Part shown: positions 56,498 to 64,000 of the stretch, piece by piece
Layout: every line of letters begins with the position of its first letter
Position numbering within the stretch: position 1 is the stretch's first letter
Assembly (NCBI GenBank): GCA_963664485.1
Contig: OY761459.1
Span: forward strand, 581,275-645,274
Direction of reading: 5' to 3'
From: Syntrophales bacterium
GTDB taxonomy: Bacteria > Desulfobacterota > Syntrophia > Syntrophales > UBA2210
Length of the DNA stretch: 64,000 nt
The notes under the pieces: generated by a model
Database searches by the model: none
What the model was told of the DNA's origin: nothing
Seen by the model: the letters and a program-made list of their open reading frames with translations, nothing else
Translations under genes and position numbers: made by a program

Positions 56498-58225
56498 TCA
56501 GATATTATTGTTTTTGAACTGCATGTTGTACAGTTTGTAATATTCACCCTTCTTTGCAATGAGCGCATCGTGTGTTCCTTCTTCGACTATCCTCCCCTTC
56601 ACTATCACGATTATCCGGTCCGCGTGGCTTATCGTCGAAAGGCGGTGCGCGATGACGAAGGTTGTCCTTCCCTTCATGAGATTCTCGAGGGCGCCCTGTA
56701 CCTCCATCTCGGCCTCGGTGTCGAGCGACGATGTCGCCTCGTCCAGAATGAGAATGGGCGCATCCTTGAGAAGAGCCCTGGCTATCGATACCCGCTGACG
56801 CTCACCGCCGGACAGCCTCGTTCCCTGCTCTCCGATAACGGTCTCAAATCCCTTTGGCAGGTTCAGGATAAATTTATACGCGTTGGCCGATTTCGCCGCG
56901 CTGATTATCTCTTCGTCGCTCTTCTTTATATCACCATACGCAATGTTATTCCTGACGGTATCATTGAATAATATCGTCTGCTGTGTCACGATACCTATCT
57001 GACTTCTGAGTGATTCGACCGTTACATCACGAATATCGTGACCGTCGATCAGTATCTCTCCTTCAGTTACATCGTAAAACCTGGGTATCAGGTTGACCAG
57101 CGTCGTCTTGCCTCCGCCGCTCATCCCGACAAAGGCAACCACTTCTCCCGATCTTATATCCAGGTTTATGTCTCTCAGAACGGGTTCGTCGCCGTAGCTG
57201 AAGGTAACGTTCCTGATCTCTATCCTGTCCGAAATCTTCGGCAGTTCCACCGCGCCTTCCCGGTTCCCTATCTCGGGCACGATATCCATAATACCGAAGA
57301 CACGGATGGCCGCGGATATACCGTGCTGGATCTTATTATTCACATTCGTCAGTCTCTTCACGGGCTCGTAAAGCATGATGAGAGCGGCAAGAAAGGAGAA
57401 AAACGTACCCGGGGTGGATGTGCCTTTTATAACCTGGTAACCCCCGTAAAAAACAATCGCGGCAATCCCGATACCCCCGAGAAATTCCATGAACGGAGAC
57501 GACATCGCGCGTATGGACACGGCCTTCATGTGAAAACGGAAAAGCTTCTCGTTCTCTTTCGAGAATCTCCCGCCTTCGTAATCTTCCATCCCGAAGGCTT
57601 TTACGATCCTTGTCCCCGATATGGTCTCCTGCAGCAGGCTGGTGAGGCTCCCCATCGTAACCTGGGTGCTCGTGGCTACCTTCCTCATCTTCCTGCCGAA
57701 TTTGACTATAGGGTATATCGTCAGTGGAAAAACAACCATGGCAATCAGCGCCAGCTTCCAGTCACGATAAAAAATCACGAAAATAAGACCGATCAGTGTA
57801 AACGAATCTTTAAAAAGACTGGTCACCGCCTCGGAAACAGCCCCCTGGATAAGATTTACATCGTTCGTGATGCGGGACATCAGCACCCCGGTATGACTCT
57901 TGTTGAAAAAAGAAAGGGATTGCTTCTGAATGTGATTGTAAAGCTCACACCGCAGATCCGCGACCACACGCTGACCTGCAAAACTCATCAGAACGGTCTG
58001 ACCGTAATTGCACACGCCTTTGACAAGGTATATCAGAATGATTACCACAGGTATCCACTTCAGCATGGAGGCGTTACGGTTGAGGAATATCCCATCCAGG
58101 GCGGGTTTGACGAGAAAGGCAAGCGAGGAAGTGGTAGCTCCGACAAACAGCATGCACAGCATCGCAAGAATGAATTTCGGAATATGAGGCTTCGACAGTC
58201 TTAAGATTCGTCTGAATATATTCAT
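56498..58225 (-). CDS. msbA: Lipid A export ABC transporter MsbA (copy 2)
   Basis: 575 aa. It differs from copy 1 at 6 residues: T/K, G/R, I/V, N/K, L/V and the C-terminal A/I. Confidence 0.9.
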   Translation of the reverse strand: MNIFRRILRLSKPHIPKFILAMLCMLFVGATTSSLAFLVKPALDGIFLNRNASMLKWIPVVIILIYLVKGVCNYGQTVLMSFAGQRVVADLRCELYNHIQKQSLSFFNKSHTGVLMSRITNDVNLIQGAVSEAVTSLFKDSFTLIGLIFVIFYRDWKLALIAMVVFPLTIYPIVKFGRKMRKVATSTQVTMGSLTSLLQETISGTRIVKAFGMEDYEGGRFSKENEKLFRFHMKAVSIRAMSSPFMEFLGGIGIAAIVFYGGYQVIKGTSTPGTFFSFLAALIMLYEPVKRLTNVNNKIQHGISAAIRVFGIMDIVPEIGNREGAVELPKISDRIEIRNVTFSYGDEPVLRDINLDIRSGEVVAFVGMSGGGKTTLVNLIPRFYDVTEGEILIDGHDIRDVTVESLRSQIGIVTQQTILFNDTVRNNIAYGDIKKSDEEIISAAKSANAYKFILNLPKGFETVIGEQGTRLSGGERQRVSIARALLKDAPILILDEATSSLDTEAEMEVQGALENLMKGRTTFVIAHRLSTISHADRIIVIVKGRIVEEGTHDALIAKKGEYYKLYNMQFKNNNI

Positions 58226-58503
58226 AACACCACGGTCAACGGCCGATCACGATCCTATGGCCGTCGCTTCTTCTATCAGCATCACGGGAATCCCGTCCCG
58301 TATCTCGTACATCAATTTGCATGCATCGCATATCAGCCCGCTCTCGTCTTCGTTCAGACGAATATGCCCTCTGCACCTCGGACACACCAGAATCTCCAGC
58401 AGTTCCCTGTCAATATCCATAACCCGCTCACCTCTCCATACCTTACCCGGCCTCTATATCACTCACAGGCCTCCTTGTAAAACCCTTAACCGGATAGATT
58501 AAA
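56505..58503. repeat. Direct repeat copy 2 (~2.0 kb)
   Basis: Counterpart of 42382-44380. The right boundary (58503) falls 2 nt beyond the stop codon (58499-58501) of the pagL-like gene. Confidence 0.9.
58247..58420 (-). CDS. Trm112/YcaR-family small protein (copy 2)
   Basis: The 57-aa product is the same as copy 1, with one synonymous difference (GAG/GAA). Confidence 0.75.
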   Translation of the reverse strand: MDIDRELLEILVCPRCRGHIRLNEDESGLICDACKLMYEIRDGIPVMLIEEATAIGS

Positions 58504-59089
58504 AGAATATCGAATATCCAATCGTACCGAAACAGGTTTCGATGCCTCCGTTTGGTTTGCTTAAATTGGCATTTGAAAGATGTCTTGCCCGAAATCCAAA
58601 GCTGATTGCGGAATTGTCCGTTACAAAGACCGAGATGCCCGCCCCGATTGTACTGGAAAAAACAAAACCCTTGGCCTGACTCTCCGTGTTAACGGTGATC
58701 CAGTGCGGGCCGAAGGACGCCATGAGATGGGCTGATACGGTGTTAGTCAGATAATGCATATATTTGAGTCCCGTACTAATACCGAATTCCACGTCTGATA
58801 CGGGGTTTACTACCGGATTTATCTGGGGTTCGATGCATAAAGTGACTATATTTTTATGATCCCGTGACTGTTCTGAGGAGAATTCCTTCAAACGAAACCC
58901 GATATGCCATACAAGAAGCAGAGGTTCATAGTGTCCCCCTTCTATATTTCCCGTTCCATAACCGAGTATGATTCCCGATTCCGTAACAGGGAAACCGGTA
59001 TCACCGGCAACAGCATTATCAACCGTTACAAGGAACGCAAGCATTATCAGCACTGTCAGCGTTCCTTTTGCAATTTTTTTACAATTCAC
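58499..59089 (-). CDS. PagL-like acyloxyacyl hydrolase (lipid A deacylase family) outer-membrane beta-barrel
   Basis: 196 aa with a signal peptide. The C-terminal region FRARHLSNANLSKPNGGIE carries the H-x-S-N catalytic-type motif, and the protein ends in an aromatic residue (SIFF). Confidence 0.6.
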   Translation of the reverse strand: MNCKKIAKGTLTVLIMLAFLVTVDNAVAGDTGFPVTESGIILGYGTGNIEGGHYEPLLLVWHIGFRLKEFSSEQSRDHKNIVTLCIEPQINPVVNPVSDVEFGISTGLKYMHYLTNTVSAHLMASFGPHWITVNTESQAKGFVFSSTIGAGISVFVTDNSAISFGFRARHLSNANLSKPNGGIETCFGTIGYSIFF

Positions 59090-60152
59090 GAAGAGCCCTT
59101 CCGCATTTTTTAGCTACAGCTTGAAATACCGAATCAACAGAGATCTTGCTCATACACTCTTTTGTCGCACACTTCTTCAGGAAACAGGGACTGCACGGCA
59201 GGTTCTCGCGAATAACCATATGACCCTCGCCGTATGGCCCCGTACGCGCGGGATCCGTAGGGCCGAACAATGCAACCGTCGGTGTTCCTGCCGCCGCGGA
59301 TATATGCATGGGACCGGAATCGGTCGTTATGACAAGAGTCGACAATTTATACAAATACGACAGCTCCTTCAAGGTGGTTTCTCCCGATAGATCTACGGAC
59401 GGAGATTTCATAAGCGCCCTGATGCGCCCCACCGTATCTCGATTGGGGCCACCTGTAAATACGACTTTCATTTTCAATTCCGCCGTTATTCTGTCACACA
59501 ACCGGGCGAATTTATCATCTTCCCACAGTTTTGTATCCCACAGCGCCACCGGATTTACCGAAACAAATGAGTCTTCCGCACCGATTCCGTTTTCGCTGAG
59601 GAGCTTGTATACCCTATTTTTATTTTCTGTTTCAATATGAATAGCAAATTCAGGTTTTCCGATATCAGCTCCAAGGTAACGAGGAATATCCAGATACCGG
59701 TCCACGGCATGTTTATCCATATCTTCATAAATTTTTTCACTCAGAAAAAGACCGGAGAGTTCCTGCATGCTGTCATACCCGATCTTCCTCCTGCCTCCAC
59801 TGAGCAGGACAATGAGAGAACTTTTGAACAAGCCGTGAAAATCCAGGACAATATCATATTCCCTGTCTCTGAGTTCTTTTATAAAGGATATCATTTCACC
59901 TATGGTTTTCCTCACGGTATGTATCCTTTTGAAATTATCCATCCACTTTTTTCTGTGTGAGACGATAATTCTGTCGAGACATGGGTGTCCCATTATAATA
60001 TCCGAAGCGTCCTCCTCTATCACCCATGTGATATGGGCATCGGTATACAGTTTTCTCAACGCGGCAAGCGACGGTAGTGTGTGCACCACATCGCCTACGG
60101 CACTTAATTTTACTATCAGTATATTCAACGGTTTTCGTCCTTTATGATCCAA
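59079..60152 (-). CDS. waaC: Glycosyltransferase family 9, heptosyltransferase I-like
   Basis: 357 aa with ILIVKLSAVGDVVHTLPSLAALR, ITWVIEE and VITTDSGPMHISAAAGTPTVALFGPT. Confidence 0.65.
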   Translation of the reverse strand: MDHKGRKPLNILIVKLSAVGDVVHTLPSLAALRKLYTDAHITWVIEEDASDIIMGHPCLDRIIVSHRKKWMDNFKRIHTVRKTIGEMISFIKELRDREYDIVLDFHGLFKSSLIVLLSGGRRKIGYDSMQELSGLFLSEKIYEDMDKHAVDRYLDIPRYLGADIGKPEFAIHIETENKNRVYKLLSENGIGAEDSFVSVNPVALWDTKLWEDDKFARLCDRITAELKMKVVFTGGPNRDTVGRIRALMKSPSVDLSGETTLKELSYLYKLSTLVITTDSGPMHISAAAGTPTVALFGPTDPARTGPYGEGHMVIRENLPCSPCFLKKCATKECMSKISVDSVFQAVAKKCGRALREL

Positions 60153-60694
60153 TTCGCCGCATCGAGGATATCCCGGGCCACATAAACAGGTTTTATATCG
60201 GAAACGTCAACGTTATTCCCATAACCCGTTCGTACGAGTATTCCGCCGGCCCCGACATTATTCGCAAGTATAATGTCTTTTGCCATATCCCCCACCACAT
60301 AGGAACCCGCCAGATCGATGCTGAGTTCTTCGGATGCCTTTATAAGCATCCCCGGAGCCGGTTTCCTGCAATCGCATAAGATCCGGTATCTTCCGATCCC
60401 CTCTGTCGGGTGATGGGGACAATAGTAGAAACGGTCGATGATCGCTCCCTTTTCCCGGAATATTTCATCCATCCTTGCATGGACGGTATCGACGAACTCC
60501 TCATCGAAGAATCCCCTGGCCACACCCGATTGATTCGTTACCACTACTACTTTAAACCCTGCCTCATTAAGCATCCGCACCGCATCAAATGCCGCAGGGA
60601 ATATTACAAGCCGGTCCAGGCTGTCAAGATAGCCGACTTCTTCATTGATTGTTCCGTCCCTGTCCAGGAATACCGCCCTGTTATTTTTTTTCAT
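60125..60694 (-). CDS. gmhB: D-glycero-D-manno-heptose 1,7-bisphosphate phosphatase (HAD-IIIA)
   Basis: 189 aa with AVFLDRDGTIN, VVTNQSG, CDCRKPAPGM and VGDMAKD. Confidence 0.85.
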   Translation of the reverse strand: MKKNNRAVFLDRDGTINEEVGYLDSLDRLVIFPAAFDAVRMLNEAGFKVVVVTNQSGVARGFFDEEFVDTVHARMDEIFREKGAIIDRFYYCPHHPTEGIGRYRILCDCRKPAPGMLIKASEELSIDLAGSYVVGDMAKDIILANNVGAGGILVRTGYGNNVDVSDIKPVYVARDILDAANWIIKDENR

Positions 60695-61791
60695 AGTTCG
60701 TCTTTCATGGACATTCGTTTGAACTCACGGCTGTTTCGCAACAACTCCTTCGCTTCATTGAAGACATCGTCTACTCCGATCATATCCATGCATCTGAAAT
60801 CGGTCGGGCATTCTTTCTTAAGGCAGGGGCTGCAGGCAACATTCTTATAGATGATGACGCTCCTGTCGCCCGCCGGGGCGGTTGCCGTGGGATTCGTGGA
60901 ACCGAATATGGCGATCAGCGGGATATCGAGAGCCCCCGCAAGATGCATCAGGCCCGAATCGTTGGAAATAAAAAGATCACACTCTTTTACCAGCCCTATT
61001 ACTTCTTTGAGCGTAGTCTCACCTGCTAGGTTTATCATAGGGCTCTTTGCGTTTTTCTGAATCAGGTCGGTTCTTTTTCTGTCTCCCGGGCTACCCAGGA
61101 GAACGAACCTGGCCTTGCAATCACCCGCGAGTTTGTCAGCCACGGCCGCGAAACGCTCCGGAAACCACATCTTGGCAGGCCCGTAACTTGCCCCCGGGGC
61201 GATACCGATCAGGATGTCTCCATCCTGAACACCATGCTCGGCGAGTATCCGCCTGGCGGCCATTGAATAATCATCTCCCGGCACTATATTGATATTTCTC
61301 CCCGATGATCCCAATCCCAGTGATGTTACCATTTCCAGGTAATAACCGATCTGGTGAATCTTTCTTACGGCTCTGGTTCGTTTAACCGAATGGGTCAGGA
61401 GAAGGCCCCTGCAGTCGGAGTTGTATCCGGCCCTCAACGGTATTCGAGCCAGACGGGCTATAATAGCCGCCTCTATTGCGTTCTGCAGGAGAAAAGCAAT
61501 ATCGAAATGTTCCTCCTTCAGTTGTGAGGCAAGCCGTATTTTCCCGCCGATGCCGTCATGTACGCCGGGGCTTTGAAAAACGATGACATCGTCAATATCG
61601 GGGCACGCCCTGTAGAGATCCGCTACCCAGGGTTTTGCCAGGACCGCTATACGGGAACGGGGAAAGGTATACCTGATAGAGGATACCGCGGGGAGACTCA
61701 TGATTACGTCTCCGATCCAGTTGGTTCCCCTGATCAGTATGTTGTGTATTTCCGAGGGAACTATTCTCCTTGTTTCTCTTACCGTCAGCAT
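60691..61791 (-). CDS. waaF: Glycosyltransferase family 9, heptosyltransferase II-like
   Basis: 366 aa with ILIRGTNWIGDVIMSLPAV and FISNDSGLMHLAGALDIPLIAIFGST. Confidence 0.7.
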   Translation of the reverse strand: MLTVRETRRIVPSEIHNILIRGTNWIGDVIMSLPAVSSIRYTFPRSRIAVLAKPWVADLYRACPDIDDVIVFQSPGVHDGIGGKIRLASQLKEEHFDIAFLLQNAIEAAIIARLARIPLRAGYNSDCRGLLLTHSVKRTRAVRKIHQIGYYLEMVTSLGLGSSGRNINIVPGDDYSMAARRILAEHGVQDGDILIGIAPGASYGPAKMWFPERFAAVADKLAGDCKARFVLLGSPGDRKRTDLIQKNAKSPMINLAGETTLKEVIGLVKECDLFISNDSGLMHLAGALDIPLIAIFGSTNPTATAPAGDRSVIIYKNVACSPCLKKECPTDFRCMDMIGVDDVFNEAKELLRNSREFKRMSMKDEL

Positions 61792-61912
61792 ATCGTACTT
61801 CCTGAAAGAACTACTCCGGTTTCAAAAATTCCGTCGGGACAGATCAAGAAAGTAGAAAGAAGACATGGCACTTTTCCCCATTACCCCGGCGATCAGGTTC
61901 TTGTTTTTTAAT

Positions 61913-62794
61913 TTATCGGACCTGCGACATCTTCGTTTTCCATCGCTGATGAAGCCAGAACCATTGTTCGGGATATTTTCTCACATTGTCCTCAACAATC
62001 TTCGTGAACCGTTGCGTGTTTTCAAAGATATCCCGCTCATAATCACCGGTTCTTGAAATCTCGACCTCCGGCCCGATAACAAGCCGGTATCTGCCGTTTT
62101 TCATTCTGAATATAAAACCCGGCAGTACGGGTGCTCCGGTTTGGAGAGCCAGAGCTGCAAGCCCTTTGGTGGTTGATGCCGGTCTTCCGAAAAAATCAAC
62201 GAATACACCTTCCCTCCATGAAACATTCTGGTCTACAAGAATGCCTATGCTCTCATTCTCCGCGAGAAGCCGGATTATCTTCCTGGCAGCGCCTCCCTTG
62301 GGGATCAGCTTGTTCCCTGTATGGCTCCTTACCTTGTCAACGATGCCTCCGAGAACAGGATCATCCAGTGACCTGTATATAATGTTAATCGGCTGACAAA
62401 GTAAGGCAAAAGCGGCCGCGGCGATTTCCCAGTTACCGAAATGACCGGTAAAAAAGAGGATCCCTCTATTCTTTTCGCGCGCTTTGAGATAAGCATCTCT
62501 TCCTTCAAATTCCAGCCAGTCGGATACGTTTTCTCTCGTCATGGAAATAATATCAAAAAACTCGGCGACAACAATTCCCAGGTTCCGATAACAATCCCTG
62601 GCGATCCGGGTCAGTTCGGTCATATCTTTCTCCGGAAACGACCGCGCCAGATTATTCAGAACAATTAATCTGTGCTTCCCCGAGAACTGATAAAAGAGCA
62701 TCATCAGTGCTTTGAAGACGATTTTCCGTACTCCGGGAGGAATGCTCCTGAACAGGGCAAAAATTATTCTCGTTGTCCATGTTTCTTTTTTCAT
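61913..62794 (-). CDS. lpxL: Lipid A biosynthesis (Kdo)2-lipid IVA acyltransferase family protein (LpxL/HtrB-like)
   Basis: 293 aa with an N-terminal TM segment. The catalytic-dyad region is GHFGNWE. Also ILVDQN. Confidence 0.7.
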   Translation of the reverse strand: MKKETWTTRIIFALFRSIPPGVRKIVFKALMMLFYQFSGKHRLIVLNNLARSFPEKDMTELTRIARDCYRNLGIVVAEFFDIISMTRENVSDWLEFEGRDAYLKAREKNRGILFFTGHFGNWEIAAAAFALLCQPINIIYRSLDDPVLGGIVDKVRSHTGNKLIPKGGAARKIIRLLAENESIGILVDQNVSWREGVFVDFFGRPASTTKGLAALALQTGAPVLPGFIFRMKNGRYRLVIGPEVEISRTGDYERDIFENTQRFTKIVEDNVRKYPEQWFWLHQRWKTKMSQVR

Positions 62795-63879
62795 GTTTCT
62801 AACCGCGTCAGGATATACTCCTCAAAATTCAGACCGGAACGGACTATATCCATTTCCATTCTCAGCCGGTACAGATCCCGAAAGAAATCGGGAAACGTGA
62901 CCAGTTTGATCCCGTCTTTTTCGGTGGTCAATATAAGCTCCGCGCCGGACTCGCTGCAAACCTTCCGGATATGCTCGATATCCTTTCCCGTGTAGATATG
63001 ATGATCGGGGAAAGGCATAAAAGCTGCAATCTCTCCACAGAGAGGCGCAACTATTTTTCTGAAACTTTCGGGTTCGGCGATGCCCGAAAAAGCGCATATC
63101 CTTTTCCCCTCGAGATAATGAAGGAGAGAGCTGTCTTTTGCTTCGCCCCTGACAATATCCCGTGCCTTTCGATAACCACTGAAAGTCGGCACATGAGGAA
63201 GTTCAGCCGGGGGTAAAGTGCCCTGTCCTGAATCAGTGTCCCCTTCCGTCGATGTAAAGATTATCGCATCCGCCCTCTTAAGAGCCTTAACCGGTTCGCG
63301 CAACCCCCCTCTCGGAAGCATAAACCCGTTTCCGAATGGTTTTTCTCTGTCCAGCAGAACAATGTCGATGTCTCTGAAAAGGCGGCGATGCTGAAACGCG
63401 TCGTCGAGTATCAGCACATCGGCACCGAAACGTTCAACCGCCAGTTTTCCCGAGCGTGATCGTTCCTTCCCGATAATGACCGGTACACCCTCCAGGTTCT
63501 CAGCTATCAGCACGGGCTCATCCCCCGCATCGGAGGTGCCCATCAGTATTTCATGACCATCGGATACCACACTGGTACGCCCTTCCCGCTTGCCTCCGTA
63601 CCCCCTGCTCAGAACGGCCGGTTTGTACCCATGCTTCCTGAGCATGCCGGCCAGCATAATAACTACCGGCGTCTTCCCGGTACCCCCTACAACAATATTT
63701 CCCACACTGATAACCCCGCATTTCATCTTACGCGCACGGGGCAGGCCCGCATCATAGGAATAATTGCGGAGTGTTACGGCACCACGATACACAAAGGAGG
63801 CCAGGAGCAGCGGAGAGAAGCGCAATTGCCTGCTGTCATCACGTAATATCCTGGAAACAATGCTTTTCAGCTTAAACAT
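62791..63879 (-). CDS. lpxK: Tetraacyldisaccharide 4'-kinase
   Basis: 362 aa. The P-loop is VISVGNIVVGGTGKTP. Also LSRGYGG and ILDDAFQH. Confidence 0.9.
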   Translation of the reverse strand: MFKLKSIVSRILRDDSRQLRFSPLLLASFVYRGAVTLRNYSYDAGLPRARKMKCGVISVGNIVVGGTGKTPVVIMLAGMLRKHGYKPAVLSRGYGGKREGRTSVVSDGHEILMGTSDAGDEPVLIAENLEGVPVIIGKERSRSGKLAVERFGADVLILDDAFQHRRLFRDIDIVLLDREKPFGNGFMLPRGGLREPVKALKRADAIIFTSTEGDTDSGQGTLPPAELPHVPTFSGYRKARDIVRGEAKDSSLLHYLEGKRICAFSGIAEPESFRKIVAPLCGEIAAFMPFPDHHIYTGKDIEHIRKVCSESGAELILTTEKDGIKLVTFPDFFRDLYRLRMEMDIVRSGLNFEEYILTRLET

Positions 63880-63880
63880 G

Positions 63881-64000
63881 TCATATCATTTCGCACGCCA
63901 TCCGGGCCGCTCTTCCGGACGCTCCCGGACCGCCCAGCATTTCGCCCACGGCACGCAGGTCCCGCTTCATTTCATCCATCCTGGGCGTACTATCGAGAAT
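63881..64000 (-). CDS. waaA: 3' end (39 codons) of an upstream gene, probably Kdo transferase WaaA/KdtA; truncated by the window edge
   Basis: Manual translation is ILDSTPRMDEMKRDLRAVGEMLGGPGASGRAARMACEMI*. A GA(S/T)xR-type C-terminus and the position directly upstream of lpxK fit KdtA. Only a fragment is visible. Confidence 0.4.
   Translation of the reverse strand: MLDSTPRMDEMKRDLRAVGEMLGGPGASGRAARMACEMI

Noticed and set aside
42382-58503. The idea that the msbA duplication is purely an assembly artefact (a repeat copied by the assembler).
   Set aside because: The copies differ at ~17 positions and have four distinct, sensible junctions (gene coupling on one side, a stop-codon boundary on the other). 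This is not fully excluded, because strain mixtures in a metagenome could create it, so it stays as the refutation test of the main finding.

Overview
This 64-kb window comes from a diderm (Gram-negative-type) bacterium. The many sigma-54 regulators and the NifS/NifU pair hint at a Desulfobacterota-like anaerobe, but that is weak inference. About 58 CDS and 2 tRNAs are supported.

Left part, 1-29.3 kb, mostly housekeeping and regulation:
- HAMP-SpoIIE phosphatase, cut by the window edge
- nifS-nifU and an acyl-CoA synthetase
- an orphan sigma-54 activator with a candidate sigma-54 promoter driving small unknown proteins and a kinase-like gene
- divergent tRNA-Leu(CAA) and tRNA-Ala(GGC)
- a tamB-like gene split by a frameshift, followed by a 943-aa Omp85/BamA-family gene
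- FabK/NMO-like oxidoreductase
- NtrB/NtrC-type two-component pair
- Sir2 deacylase and an NRDE protein
- mnmG, a TIGR01212 radical SAM protein, and trpB with a TrpR-like regulator

Right part, 29.5-64 kb, one very large lipid A-core/LOS-type locus:
- kdtA fragment, lpxK, an lpxL-like gene, waaF, gmhB, a waaC-like gene and a pagL-like gene
- about 19 glycosyltransferase-like genes, including four GT9
- a pyruvyl transferase plus an FrhB-like Fe-S protein, and plsC

Most notable observation: a ~2.0-kb direct repeat (~99% identical) carrying trm112-like + msbA occurs twice, 14,123 bp apart. It brackets a 12.1-kb, ten-gene glycan cassette.

Three genes show single-nucleotide frame disruptions: tamB-like, an RsbW-like-GNAT fusion and a GT10-like transferase. 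No CRISPR array, transposase or integrase was seen.
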